NCBI RefSeq assembly: GCF_040079335.1
Contig: NZ_JBEBKL010000005.1
Coordinates: 21,511 to 85,510 of the forward strand
DNA from: Sphingorhabdus sp.
Lineage (GTDB): Bacteria > Pseudomonadota > Alphaproteobacteria > Sphingomonadales > Sphingomonadaceae
Length of the DNA stretch: 64,000 nucleotides
Direction of reading: 5' to 3'
How positions within the stretch are numbered: position 1 is the first letter of the stretch; every line of letters begins with the position of its first letter. Below, piece by piece: positions 37,998-48,362 of the stretch. Below the pieces are notes generated by a model. It had not been told where the DNA came from and made no database searches. It worked only from the letters and a program-made list of their open reading frames with translations. Both the position numbers and the translations under genes were made by a program.

Positions 37998-40144
37998 AGC
38001 AATTGCTGTCGCTCCTGTCGCTGTCGGCCCTGACCATTGCGCCTGCTTACGCTCAAGAAGAAGCTGAAGAATATGAGGAACATCTTCCCTCACTTTTGCC
38101 GCCGCCGCCGCTGACTATCGTCGTTACCGGCCTGCGTCCGCCTCTCGGGGATAATGCGCTTGAAGTTGTCGCCATTAAATTGGACGAAAGACAGCCGGAG
38201 CGAGTAGAAAATCTACTGCGGGACATTCCCGGCCTACAACAATTCCGGCGTAGCGATGCGCGGTCGGCCAATCCCACAAGCCAGGGCGTAACGCTGCGCG
38301 GGCTTGGGGGGAATGCCTCGTCACGTTTGCTGATAACCTTGGACGATGTACCACAGGCGGATCCTTTTGGCGGCTGGGTTTCATGGCCCGGTTATGACGC
38401 ATTGGCACTGCGTTCTGCCCGGCTTGTCAAGGGTGGCGGGAGTGTGACTGCAGGTGCTGGCGCGATTGCGGGGCAATTGGAATTGGTCAGCAATGATATC
38501 AATAGCGGCCTTTATGACCCCGAAGAAGAATTCGATGCGCGCCTGCAATATGGCAGTTTCAACAGCGTTGATGGAAAGGCGGTTTTGAAACGTTCGCTTG
38601 GTGTCGGGCATGTCACATTATCCGGCAGCTATGCGCAAAGCGATGGTTTCGTTCCGATCTTAGCGGCGCAGCGCGGTGCAATTGATCGCGGCGCATCCTA
38701 TCGCCAATTTGGTGGTGCAGTTCGCGCCATATTGCCGCTGAACAACAGCCTTGAAATGCAGGCCAATCTGCGGGGGTTTTCTGACCGCAGGGACAGAGGC
38801 TTCGATTTCAGCGAGAGTCAGAATGATGGTGTTGACGCAAGTGTAAGGCTGGTTTCAGAAGCCAGCGATTGGCGTTGGTCTATGCTGGCCTATTTGCAGA
38901 TGCGCGGATTTAACAACCGGTTCGGGGCAGTGGCAAATGACCGCAACTCTGTGAGCCTTACCCTTGATCAATTTAATGTTCCATCGACTGGCTGGGGCGC
39001 TAAATTTGAACTGCGACCTCCCAGCAATGACGGCATTGAACTTCGCTTGGGTGCCGATTTGCGGGCGGTTAGCGGCGAAACAAGGGAAAACAGCAATTTC
39101 ATTGCTGGCACTCCGCAGCGAAGCAGGCGGGCAGGCGGGAGCAGCACCATATTGGGCCTGTTCGGCGATGCATCTTTGGAACTTAACCCTGTCGTCATCG
39201 TAACGCTTGGTGGACGGGTCGATAGCTGGAATATCAACAATGGTTTTCGTTTGGAGACGGAACTTGCCGCCCCCTTGGCAGGGGCGGTTCGTTCAAATGA
39301 CATTTTTGCGGACCGATCAGGCCATGAAATTTCCGGACGGCTTGGCTTTAAGTGGGATGCTTTAACGGGATTGAATCTGCGCGGCGCGGTCTATTCTGGC
39401 TGGCGGTTGCCGACGTTGAACGAGCTCTACCGCCCTTTTCGCGTGGGTGCGAATGCAACCGCTGCGAATGAACTTTTGTCGCCTGAAAATGTTAAAGGTG
39501 TGGAGCTTGGCCTGAACGCGGATGTTTATGCGACTGACAAATTTGGTTTAGACCTGTCGCTGACTGCTTTTCACAACAGGCTGGATAATGCCGTCGCCAA
39601 CGTGACACTGGGTCGTGGACCGGGGCTGTTTCCGGGTGTGGGTTTTGTGTCTGCTGCTGGTATCTATCAGCAGCGGCAAAATCTTCCTTCAATCCGGTCC
39701 CAAGGGGTGGAGGCTTCGGCGGATTTTAATCTGGATTTCCTCATTGATCGCCTGAATCTGACGACATCTTATAGCTATGTGGATGCCGCCGTCAGGGGGG
39801 CAGGCCCTTCTTTGTTTCTCGATGGGTTAAGACCCGCGCAAGTGCCGAAGCATTCCGCCTTTGCCTCTCTCGATTGGAGCAACATAACTGTGCAATGGGT
39901 AGCAGGTATAAAATTGCGCTATACAGGCCGTCAGTATGAGGATGATCTCAACACGCAGAAATTGCGAGCTGCACTGACTTTGGATGGATTTCTGCGCTGG
40001 GAACCAATCCAAAATAAACTTGGGTTTGAATTTCGGGCGGAAAACCTGTTCAACGCGCGAGTTGAGGCGGCCAACAGTAACGGCATTATCGAGAGGGCTT
40101 CCCCGCGGTCTATCTGGCTTGGCGTGCACTTTGCGATACCCTAG
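37994..40144 (+). CDS. TonB-dependent outer-membrane receptor
   Basis: Signal peptide, TonB box TIVVTG, plug LRGLG..DDVP, RLPTLNELY, ENLFN. Confidence 0.9.
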   Translation: MKQLLSLLSLSALTIAPAYAQEEAEEYEEHLPSLLPPPPLTIVVTGLRPPLGDNALEVVAIKLDERQPERVENLLRDIPGLQQFRRSDARSANPTSQGVTLRGLGGNASSRLLITLDDVPQADPFGGWVSWPGYDALALRSARLVKGGGSVTAGAGAIAGQLELVSNDINSGLYDPEEEFDARLQYGSFNSVDGKAVLKRSLGVGHVTLSGSYAQSDGFVPILAAQRGAIDRGASYRQFGGAVRAILPLNNSLEMQANLRGFSDRRDRGFDFSESQNDGVDASVRLVSEASDWRWSMLAYLQMRGFNNRFGAVANDRNSVSLTLDQFNVPSTGWGAKFELRPPSNDGIELRLGADLRAVSGETRENSNFIAGTPQRSRRAGGSSTILGLFGDASLELNPVVIVTLGGRVDSWNINNGFRLETELAAPLAGAVRSNDIFADRSGHEISGRLGFKWDALTGLNLRGAVYSGWRLPTLNELYRPFRVGANATAANELLSPENVKGVELGLNADVYATDKFGLDLSLTAFHNRLDNAVANVTLGRGPGLFPGVGFVSAAGIYQQRQNLPSIRSQGVEASADFNLDFLIDRLNLTTSYSYVDAAVRGAGPSLFLDGLRPAQVPKHSAFASLDWSNITVQWVAGIKLRYTGRQYEDDLNTQKLRAALTLDGFLRWEPIQNKLGFEFRAENLFNARVEAANSNGIIERASPRSIWLGVHFAIP

Positions 40145-40155
40145 AGAATAAATCC

Positions 40156-40614
40156 ATGACCCGCTCCAAACTGACCCTTGGCGAATTCCTGCCCTACCAG
40201 CTGTCGATAACCTCGAACGCAGTGAGCGACTTGATCGCGCGCAGCTATCGCGGGCGCTTCGGCCTCAAAATCCCCGAATGGCGGGTAATGGCGGTGCTGG
40301 GGGAGAAGGGGAGCGCGACCCAGCGCGAACTGGTCGCGGCGACGCAGATGGACAAGGTGACGGTCAATCGTGCTTCCAAGGCCTTGGACGAACGAGGGCT
40401 GATCGGGCGCGCGCCTAACGAAACCGACGGTCGCTCGCACCATCTGGCGCTGACTGCGGTGGGTAAAGAATTATACGACCAGATCGTCCCGCTGGCGCTC
40501 TCCGTCGAATCGGAGATTGAAGGCATATTGGGCAATGAAGAGGCGGCGCAACTCGCGGCGCTGCTTGCCAAGCTGCGCGCGCGGGTGAGCGAGATGGAGC
40601 GCAAGACGGATTGA
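40156..40614 (+). CDS. MarR-family regulator of the tyrosine cluster
   Basis: FLPYQL, IPEWRV, MDKVTVNRA, DGRS..LALT. Confidence 0.9.
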   Translation: MTRSKLTLGEFLPYQLSITSNAVSDLIARSYRGRFGLKIPEWRVMAVLGEKGSATQRELVAATQMDKVTVNRASKALDERGLIGRAPNETDGRSHHLALTAVGKELYDQIVPLALSVESEIEGILGNEEAAQLAALLAKLRARVSEMERKTD

Positions 40615-40644
40615 CCACGCCTTGGTATGCGCGCTTGCGCAAAC

Positions 40645-40662
40645 TGGTTTCAATTGATACTA
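40645..40662. promoter_or_regulatory. Candidate MarR operator upstream of hppD
   Basis: Imperfect 18-bp palindrome TGGTTTCAA/TTGATACTA. Confidence 0.55.
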
Positions 40663-40716
40663 TCTACGGGATTCGGGATCCCCGAACATAGGTCAGTTAT
40701 CTCTGGATGATTTCTC

Positions 40717-41811
40717 ATGCCCGATCTGTTTGAAAACCCCCTCGGCCTTGATGGCTTCGAATTTGTCGAATTCAGCGCCCCTGAAAAGGGCAACCTCGAA
40801 CCCGTCTTCGAAAGCATGGGCTTCACCCGCGTCGCCCAGCATCGTTCAAAGGATGTGCACCTCTGGCGGCAGGGCGAGATCAATCTGATTGCCAATTACG
40901 AACCGCGCAGCCCCGCGGCTTACTTCGCCGCCGAACATGGCCCCTCGGCCTGCGGCATGGCCTTCCGCGTCAAGGATGCGGCCAAGGCCTATAAGGAAGC
41001 CCTCGAACGCGGTGCCGAACCGGTCGAAAGCAAGACCGGCGTCATGGAACTGCGCATCCCCGCGATCAAGGGCATTGGCGGCGCCTTCATCTATCTGGTC
41101 GATCGCTATGCTACGCTCGAATATCCCGATGCGCTGTCGATCTACGACATCGATTTTGTTTATATGCCTGGCGTCGAGCATTTCCCGGTCGGCGCCGGTT
41201 TCAAGTCGATCGATCACCTGACGCACAATGTCTATGGCGGCCGCATGGCGCATTGGGCGGCCTGGTATGAGCGGATCTTCAACTTCCGCGAAATACGCTA
41301 TTTCGACATCAAAGGCGAATATACCGGCCTCACCTCAAAAGCGATGACCGCGCCCGATGGCAAGATCCGCATCCCGCTCAATGAAGAAGGTAAGGCCGGT
41401 GGCGGCCAGATCGAGGAATATCTGCGCGCCTATAATGGTGAAGGTATCCAGCACATCGCGCTGATCTGTGACGATCTGCTTGCTTGCTGGGATAATCTCA
41501 AAAAGCTTGGTGTCACCTTCATGACCCCGCCACCCGACACCTATTATGCGATGCTCGACCAGCGTTTGCCGGGACATGGCGAGCCCGTGGATGCCATCAA
41601 ATCACGCGGTATCTTGCTTGATGGCACCACCGAAGGCGGCACGCCACGCCTGCTGTTGCAGATCTTTGCCCAGCCTGAAATCGGCCCGGTCTTCTTCGAA
41701 TTCATCCAGCGCCGCGGCGACGAAGGCTTTGGCGAGGGCAATTTTAAAGCGCTGTTCGAAAGCATCGAACGCGACCAGATCGAACGCGGCGTGCTGGAGG
41801 TGGCCGAATGA
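40717..41811 (+). CDS. hppD: 4-hydroxyphenylpyruvate dioxygenase
   Basis: [47 protein letters not shown]. Confidence 0.96.
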   Translation: MPDLFENPLGLDGFEFVEFSAPEKGNLEPVFESMGFTRVAQHRSKDVHLWRQGEINLIANYEPRSPAAYFAAEHGPSACGMAFRVKDAAKAYKEALERGAEPVESKTGVMELRIPAIKGIGGAFIYLVDRYATLEYPDALSIYDIDFVYMPGVEHFPVGAGFKSIDHLTHNVYGGRMAHWAAWYERIFNFREIRYFDIKGEYTGLTSKAMTAPDGKIRIPLNEEGKAGGGQIEEYLRAYNGEGIQHIALICDDLLACWDNLKKLGVTFMTPPPDTYYAMLDQRLPGHGEPVDAIKSRGILLDGTTEGGTPRLLLQIFAQPEIGPVFFEFIQRRGDEGFGEGNFKALFESIERDQIERGVLEVAE

Positions 41812-42362
41812 GCGTCCCGTTCAAAACAGACCGCATCCATCACGTCGCCTATCGCTGCAAGGACGCGAAACAGACGGTCGAATGGTATGCCCGCGTGCTG
41901 GGCTTCACCTACACGACTGCCTTTGCCGAGGATCATGTACCGTCAACCGGCGAATATGATCCCTATATGCACATCTTCCTCGAATGCGGCGGTGGCAATG
42001 TGCTGGCGTTCTTTGAATTGCCCAACCAGCCCGAAATGGGCCGTGATGAAAAGACCCCGGCCTGGGTGCAGCATCTGGCATTCAAGGTCGCCGATTTCGA
42101 CACGCTGAAGGCGGCGAAGGCGCATATCGAGGCGCTCGGCATCGATGTGATCGGGCCGACCTTTCACGGCATTTTCCGCTCGATCTATTTCTTTGACCCC
42201 AATGGCCATCGGCTTGAACTGGCCTGCGACATCGGCACCCAGGAGCAATATGCAGAGTTGAAACGCGTCGCTCCGATGATGCTCGATGACTGGAGCAAGA
42301 CCAAGACAGCCCCCCGCCATGCGGAATGGCTGCACAAGGAACCGATCGAAGCGTCCGAATAA
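41808..42362 (+). CDS. VOC/glyoxalase-fold protein, candidate non-canonical homogentisate 1,2-dioxygenase
   Basis: [31 protein letters not shown]; ATGA-coupled to hppD. Fold is confident; function is inferred. Confidence 0.8.
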   Translation: MSVPFKTDRIHHVAYRCKDAKQTVEWYARVLGFTYTTAFAEDHVPSTGEYDPYMHIFLECGGGNVLAFFELPNQPEMGRDEKTPAWVQHLAFKVADFDTLKAAKAHIEALGIDVIGPTFHGIFRSIYFFDPNGHRLELACDIGTQEQYAELKRVAPMMLDDWSKTKTAPRHAEWLHKEPIEASE

Positions 42363-42370
42363 CCGTGCGG

Positions 42371-43297
42371 TCAGGTCGTTTGGTTGGCGGCGCGCCCGAC
42401 TTTGGGCGTTTCGGTCTTGGGCATGCGCGCTTCCAGCGCATCGAGCCAAGCGCGCGCTTTGTCGCCAATGAAAATCTGCGGTTCCGAAGGAACGAGGCCT
42501 TGGCCTGCTTCCCACAAGGTGATCAAAGACCGAGCCTCATCATTGGCCTTTTCAAGATTTTGCGGTTTGCGCAACGCCGTGTTGACGAAGGCATCGCCGA
42601 AGAATGTCCAGTCATTGCCGGGATTGCAGCCGAAGGATGTCCGTTGCGACGAGGCGGCGGTGACGATCACCGACTGGTCGCCGTTGAGTGCAGGCACGAA
42701 AACGCCCGAAAAGCAGGCGGACAGGATGATCAGGCGGCGCTCAATCCCAAGATCATCAAGCAATTTGGCAAGGCGCTTTGGCGCAATCATCCCGACCGCA
42801 TTGTTGCCGTCACGATAGACCAGCCCGAGTTTGGGGTCGCCATGCGTTGTCGCAAAGAGGACGAGCACATCTTCCTTCACATTCATTTTCGCCGCGACCG
42901 CCGCCAGCGACGTCGCCAGATTGGATGGCGAACCCTGTGGCGTCCCGATCGTTTCATTGCCAGCACCCGCAGCAAGAAAGATAGACCGTCCAGTCGCACC
43001 ATAGCGCCGGGTCAGCACTTTCTGTGTTTCGCCTGCTTCGCGCCCGAAAACCGGATCGGAATCGAGCCCGATCGAAACCACATAGGCATCAATGATGCCT
43101 TGCCTTTGGGGCTGCAACGTGCCGAGCGCAGAGGACAGCCGTCGATGCTGCGCAAAGTGCCATGCCGCACTGCGGTTCTGCTCCATCGACCAGCCATTTT
43201 CGGCCGCCTCACGGTTGTTGAAACCGACCTGACTGGTCGACGGACCGGCCATCGCGGTTGCAACGAAAAGCGTGGCGGCCAACGTCTTCCACCGCAT
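42371..43297 (-). CDS. Secreted C13-family (legumain-like) cysteine peptidase
   Basis: Signal peptide; TTHG and SACFSG catalytic motifs; SFGC. Confidence 0.85.
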   Translation of the reverse strand: MRWKTLAATLFVATAMAGPSTSQVGFNNREAAENGWSMEQNRSAAWHFAQHRRLSSALGTLQPQRQGIIDAYVVSIGLDSDPVFGREAGETQKVLTRRYGATGRSIFLAAGAGNETIGTPQGSPSNLATSLAAVAAKMNVKEDVLVLFATTHGDPKLGLVYRDGNNAVGMIAPKRLAKLLDDLGIERRLIILSACFSGVFVPALNGDQSVIVTAASSQRTSFGCNPGNDWTFFGDAFVNTALRKPQNLEKANDEARSLITLWEAGQGLVPSEPQIFIGDKARAWLDALEARMPKTETPKVGRAANQTT

Positions 43298-43395
43298 AAC
43301 CTCTGTCTCCCCAATTTCGACAATTTAGGCAGGATATAGCGATTGCTGCAAGTCCCTAATCCGGCCATGATGAAACACCAAAACAGGATGCCACT

Positions 43396-44403
43396 ATGAA
43401 ACTTGCTTCTTTGAAATCCGGACGCGATGGCCAGCTGGTGGTCGTTTCCAATGACCTCGCCTGGTATGCCGGTGCCTCACATATCTGCGCCACGCTTCAG
43501 GCGGCGATGGATGAATGGGACAGGATCGCGCCCAAGCTTGAAGCGTTGGCGACCGATCTGGAACATGGGGTCATCCCGCGCGAGCGATTCCACGAACATG
43601 ATGCCGCATCGCCGCTGCCGCGTGCCTATCAATGGGCCGATGGATCGGCCTATGTGAACCATGTCGCACTCGTCCGGCAGGCGCGCGGTGCGGAAATGCC
43701 AGACAGCTTTTGGCACGACCCACTTATGTATCAAGGAGGGTCGGACGGTTTTCTTGGGCCACGCGAGGATATTCCTCTGGGCGATGTCGCATGGGGATGT
43801 GACATGGAAGCGGAAGTCGTGGTTGTCACAGGCGACGTTCCGATGGGTGTGCGTGCGCAAGAGGCGAGGGACTATATACGGCTCGTCGGCCTTACCAACG
43901 ATGTGTCGTTGCGAGGCCTTATCCCTGACGAACTTGCCAAGGGCTTTGGTTTCTTTCAGTCAAAACCAGCAAGTGCTTTCTCGCCAGTGTTCGTCACACC
44001 CGAAACGCTTGGTGCTCGCTGGGATGGTGGAAAGCTGCATGGTGCATTGTGCGTCGATCTGAATGGCCAGGCTTTGGGTCGCGCAGATGCGGGTGTTGAT
44101 ATGACCTTCGATTTCGGTCAGCTCATCGCCCATGCGGCCAAAACGCGCAACCTGACGGCTGGAACCATCATCGGTTCAGGCACTGTATCGAACCGCGATG
44201 CCAATGGCGGCCCAGGTAAGCCTATTGGGGAGGGCGGACTTGGCTATAGCTGCCTCGCAGAAGTACGAACGATTGAGACCATCCAGCAGGGCAAGCCACA
44301 AACGCCCTTCATGCAACCCGGCGACACCGTTCGCATCTGGATGGAGGATGAAAAGCATCATCCGATGTTCGGGGTTATCGAGCAGCAGGTGGTTGCAGCC
44401 TGA
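43396..44403 (+). CDS. Fumarylacetoacetate hydrolase-family protein
   Basis: PLPRAYQWADGSAY, DMEAE, NDVSLR, QSKP, GSGTVS. Confidence 0.9.
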   Translation: MKLASLKSGRDGQLVVVSNDLAWYAGASHICATLQAAMDEWDRIAPKLEALATDLEHGVIPRERFHEHDAASPLPRAYQWADGSAYVNHVALVRQARGAEMPDSFWHDPLMYQGGSDGFLGPREDIPLGDVAWGCDMEAEVVVVTGDVPMGVRAQEARDYIRLVGLTNDVSLRGLIPDELAKGFGFFQSKPASAFSPVFVTPETLGARWDGGKLHGALCVDLNGQALGRADAGVDMTFDFGQLIAHAAKTRNLTAGTIIGSGTVSNRDANGGPGKPIGEGGLGYSCLAEVRTIETIQQGKPQTPFMQPGDTVRIWMEDEKHHPMFGVIEQQVVAA

Positions 44404-44410
44404 AACAACG

Positions 44411-44439
44411 AAAAGGCGGGATGTTACTCCCGCCTTTTT
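44411..44439. terminator. Bidirectional intrinsic terminator
   Basis: AAAAGGCGGGA-TGTTAC-TCCCGCCTTTTT between the convergent FAH and tadC genes. Confidence 0.88.
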
Positions 44440-44458
44440 CTTTGGTTAGATTGGTTGC

Positions 44459-45460
44459 TTATTTCCTGATGAAGGCATCGCTGATCGAGCAGGCCGCGGG
44501 GCCAAGGATCACGATGAACAGTGTCGGTAGAATGAACAGAATCAGCGGCACCGTCATAATCGCTGGCAGACGGGCAGCTTTTTCTTCGGCACGCATCATG
44601 CGCTCGTTACGGAACTCGGCCGAGAGCACACGCAGCGCTGACGCAAGCGGCGTACCATATTTTTCGGTCTGGATCATGGTCGTTACAACGCCCTTAACCG
44701 AATCGAGATCGACGCGGTAGGCGAGGTTTTCGAATGCCATGCGGCGTTCGGTGAGGAAGCCCAATTCGATCGCAGTAAGTGCAAACTCATCGCCAAGTTC
44801 AGGGAAGCCACGCCCCAATTCTTTGGCTACCCGGTTGAAAGCAGAGTCGACCGTCAGGCCGGCTTCGGCACAAATGACGAGCAAGTCGAGCGCATCGGGA
44901 AGACCCTTGCGGATCGCATCGGTGCGCTTCTGGATCAGGTTGCCGAGATAGATGTCAGCAGCCTTGTAGCCCAAAATGGTAAGGCTAGCGAACGCAGCAA
45001 AACGCTTGAACGTTGTCCAGTCGGCGAGCCCACCCATCCCGTAAATCCAGAGCGCAGCGCCGCCACCCAGCACGATTGGTCCCACCAGCCGGCTGAAAAT
45101 GATTGCGACCGCTAGCTCCTTGCGACGGATGCCCGCCTGAGCAAGCTTTTGCTGCGCAACCTTGATCTGGTCATCCTGCAACACCTTTAGCGACGACAGC
45201 ATTTGGCGCATTCTGTCGGTCGTTTCGGTGTTGCGAACCAACTTGGCACGCTTCTTCGCAGTCGACGCCGAAATACCGGCCTTTAACTGTTCACGGCGTT
45301 CGTTGAGTGCCTTAACGCGTTTGACCATCGGATCGCGAACTGTGACCGCAGCATAGATCGCGAGGATTACCGCAAAACTGGCGATCGCAGTCATCAACGT
45401 GGCTACCCACATGACATCAATGCCCATGATTTCAGGGCCAGGAGGTTGAGCGCTATTCAT
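44459..45460 (-). CDS. tadC: Tad pilus inner-membrane platform protein TadC
   Basis: LPDALDLLVICAEAG, QTEKYGTP, AEEKAARLP. Confidence 0.92.
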   Translation of the reverse strand: MNSAQPPGPEIMGIDVMWVATLMTAIASFAVILAIYAAVTVRDPMVKRVKALNERREQLKAGISASTAKKRAKLVRNTETTDRMRQMLSSLKVLQDDQIKVAQQKLAQAGIRRKELAVAIIFSRLVGPIVLGGGAALWIYGMGGLADWTTFKRFAAFASLTILGYKAADIYLGNLIQKRTDAIRKGLPDALDLLVICAEAGLTVDSAFNRVAKELGRGFPELGDEFALTAIELGFLTERRMAFENLAYRVDLDSVKGVVTTMIQTEKYGTPLASALRVLSAEFRNERMMRAEEKAARLPAIMTVPLILFILPTLFIVILGPAACSISDAFIRK

Positions 45461-45478
45461 CTTTCTCTGTCCTGTCCC

Positions 45479-46441
45479 TTAGATTTCAAAGCTGACCATT
45501 TTGGCCATGATGCCAACGCCGATGCCCATCCAGACCAGACCAATCATGCCGGCTATCATCAGGCGTTGTTCGACAAAAAAGCCGGAGAGATATTCGGGGT
45601 TCACGGACCAGACGAGACCGAAAACAATAAAGGGCAACGAGCCTACGATGTAGGCAGACGCCTTTGATTCGGATGACATGGCCCGGATTTTGAGTTTCAT
45701 CTGCGCGCGCTTGCGCAACACATCGGCCAGATTCGAAAGCGTTTCGGCCAGATTGCCGCCGGTTTCGCGCTGGATGGCAAGGGTGATTACGAAAAACTGG
45801 AATTCGGGTGTACCCAAACGGTCTGCGGTATCCTGCAAAGCATCTTCCATGGTCTTGCCGATCTTGATTTTCTCGGTAACGATCTTGAATTCTTCTCCGA
45901 CTGGACCAGGAATTTCGCGGGCAACAACGCCCAGCGTTTCACCAACCGGAAGCCCAGATTTCAAACCGCGCACAAGCAATTCGATTGCTTCCGGAAACTT
46001 TGCGGTGAAATTGGTGATGCGTTTGCCGATCAAGTAGCTGACGGAAAAATGCGGTACTGCCAGCGCAAGAAATGTTGCCCCACCAATTGCCAGTAACACG
46101 GGCGCGCCTTTGATCGTCAATATTCCGAAGAGGGCGATGAAAATTCCGCCGCTGACGTAAAGATACTGGTTTAGTGCCCATTTCTTGCCGGTCTGCTGGA
46201 GGCGAAGCCGCAGCCTGTCGGCGGCGCTCATTTTCGTTCCCTCGGTGAACATGATTGGACGCCGTGCAGCAACAGCTTTGCGCATTTGCTGCTCGAGTTT
46301 TGCGTCCACCGAGTCCGAATGGCGGATTTTTACGGCGCTGAGACGTCGGCTTGCCGCTTTTCCAGTTGCGGGTCCGGCGAACGCAAATGCCAGAAGGCTT
46401 AGCGAAACCAAAAAACCGAGAATTAGAACCAGATTGTTCAT
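45479..46441 (-). CDS. tadB: Tad pilus inner-membrane platform protein TadB
   Basis: FPEAIELLVRGLKSG, IQRETGGNLAETL. Confidence 0.92.
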   Translation of the reverse strand: MNNLVLILGFLVSLSLLAFAFAGPATGKAASRRLSAVKIRHSDSVDAKLEQQMRKAVAARRPIMFTEGTKMSAADRLRLRLQQTGKKWALNQYLYVSGGIFIALFGILTIKGAPVLLAIGGATFLALAVPHFSVSYLIGKRITNFTAKFPEAIELLVRGLKSGLPVGETLGVVAREIPGPVGEEFKIVTEKIKIGKTMEDALQDTADRLGTPEFQFFVITLAIQRETGGNLAETLSNLADVLRKRAQMKLKIRAMSSESKASAYIVGSLPFIVFGLVWSVNPEYLSGFFVEQRLMIAGMIGLVWMGIGVGIMAKMVSFEI

Positions 46442-46501
46442 TTCTTACCGCCTCTGCCCCAATCAATTTCCCGGCTGGAAAACCGATATGGCAATTGAGT
46501 G

Positions 46502-47761
46502 TTATTTTTTTGCCAACAACGATTTGAAGCCGGCCATCATAGATTTTTTTGACGATTCCGCTTTTGTCTCAATCGCTTCTTCTGCAGCGGCGCCTGTTGA
46601 TTTTATCATATCGGCCAACGCTACAATACCAGACGCAACCTTGCTTGACCGAACTGAATCGACCAGTGGTTTACCTAGCTTGGCTGCTTGCGCGGTCGCT
46701 TTGGCATCGAGCGGAATGATGAGGTCTATCTTGCGTTCGATGGAGCTCTCGAAGTCTTTGCGCGAAATCTCGATACCACCGGCTTGAGCCTTGTTCGCAA
46801 CAACGATGGTCTGGCAAGATGGCGCATTCGCACGCAGCCAAGCAAGCAGGCGAATGGCGTCGCGCGCAGAAGCCAGAGTCAGTTCGCAGACAATCACCGC
46901 AACGTTTACGTCGTGCAACAAGTGCGGGTAGGCGATCAGCATGCTCCGTGGCAAATCGATGACGGTATTCTCGAACGCTGCCCTGAATTCTTCCTGGAGC
47001 TGGAAGAAAGCAGAACCGTCAGTCATGATCGGGCTGCTGATCGCAGCTTCAGCTGAAAGGATCGATAGCTTGTCGTTGGCCTTAATCGTCGCGCGCTCAA
47101 TAAAGAGCCCGTCAATGCGGCTCGGATTGTCGATCGCGTCGGTCAAGCCACGCCCCGGTTCCAGATCAAGCGCAAGCGCGCCCGTTCCGAAGTGGACATC
47201 AAGATCAAGAAAGCCGGTGAGGTGTCCCATGCGTTCAGACAGCAACCAGGCGATCGAGGTTGCTATCGTTGAAGCGCCGACGCCGCCACGCGTGCCGATT
47301 ATAGCAGTCGACAGATGCGGATGTTCCTTTGCGCCGTCATCATGCTTGGGCGCGTTGAGGATCATCTGTGCATGGGTGACTGCGTCACGCAGCGCATCCG
47401 GGCTGACCGGCTTGAGCAAGTAATCCTGCAAGCCAGAGAGCATCAGATCGCGATAAAGGCGGACATCATTGACTTGGCCCATCGCGATGACAACCGTTCC
47501 CGGTTCGCAAACTTCTGCCAGTCCGTTGATGTCCGAAATCGGATCCCCCGATTCTGACAGGTCAACCAGCAGAATCTGCGGGCTTGCCGACACCGACAGC
47601 GATTGGACGGCGTTGCGCAAGCCACCCTTGAAGGCTTTTTCTTGCGGCCAACCCATGTCATCGCACACTGTGCGCACAACATCGAGGGTTAGGTCATCGC
47701 AGACATAGGCTGTGAACGGATCTCGGGCGCCAGCCGAAACACTTTTAAATGGTGCGTTCAT
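46502..47761 (-). CDS. cpaE: Tad pilus localisation protein CpaE/TadZ
   Basis: Receiver-like N-terminus, deviant Walker GTRGGVGAST, DLDVHFG. Confidence 0.9.
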   Translation of the reverse strand: MNAPFKSVSAGARDPFTAYVCDDLTLDVVRTVCDDMGWPQEKAFKGGLRNAVQSLSVSASPQILLVDLSESGDPISDINGLAEVCEPGTVVIAMGQVNDVRLYRDLMLSGLQDYLLKPVSPDALRDAVTHAQMILNAPKHDDGAKEHPHLSTAIIGTRGGVGASTIATSIAWLLSERMGHLTGFLDLDVHFGTGALALDLEPGRGLTDAIDNPSRIDGLFIERATIKANDKLSILSAEAAISSPIMTDGSAFFQLQEEFRAAFENTVIDLPRSMLIAYPHLLHDVNVAVIVCELTLASARDAIRLLAWLRANAPSCQTIVVANKAQAGGIEISRKDFESSIERKIDLIIPLDAKATAQAAKLGKPLVDSVRSSKVASGIVALADMIKSTGAAAEEAIETKAESSKKSMMAGFKSLLAKK

Positions 47762-48342
47762 TAGTTTGCGCCTCCAGCTTTCTTGCGTGATCCACCACGG
47801 CTGTTCTCAGGGGTGGATTCGCGACCACGGACAAGGTCTTCAGGATCAGCAACCATCGCAGCCATATTGCTGTTTACTGCACACCCATAATTGGGATGGT
47901 TACTGGAGTTGTAGTTTGCCTCGGTCGTTTTGGTCCAATTCGGGCAATTAGGAACGCTAGCAGCCGAGCGTGTTACAACGACCCTGGCAGTACCAGGTGC
48001 TACACTGCCAGTCGTGACTGGCGCTGTCTCACTCAAAAGCAATCCGTGCTTGGCCGCCAGGTCGCCCACCGCCTGCTTTGTAGCAGCGTCGGGATAGCTA
48101 TCGCCAAAGTCCACAGCGATGCGGTCTCCAAATCGCACCTTCATCGCCTCAAACCATTCTGCGATGCGGTTTTGTTCGAACGGCGAAAGCCCGCTTGTCC
48201 CATCGACATTGACGTCGAGGGCATAGTTGCTGCGCTGTACCACTGGCTGGTTGGTCGAATACATTGAGGTATTCGAGCCGGTTGCGCCGCATCCGGCGAG
48301 CGTGAAGGCCAAAGTTGCCGTCAAAATCAGTTTTGCACGCAT
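47761..48342 (-). CDS. cpaD: Tad pilus lipoprotein CpaD
   Basis: Lipobox LAGC; CPNW, NYGCA..N.AAMVADP.DL; GAGGAG RBS. Confidence 0.88.
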   Translation of the reverse strand: MRAKLILTATLAFTLAGCGATGSNTSMYSTNQPVVQRSNYALDVNVDGTSGLSPFEQNRIAEWFEAMKVRFGDRIAVDFGDSYPDAATKQAVGDLAAKHGLLLSETAPVTTGSVAPGTARVVVTRSAASVPNCPNWTKTTEANYNSSNHPNYGCAVNSNMAAMVADPEDLVRGRESTPENSRGGSRKKAGGAN

Positions 48343-48362
48343 GTTCATGCTCCTCACGTCGC

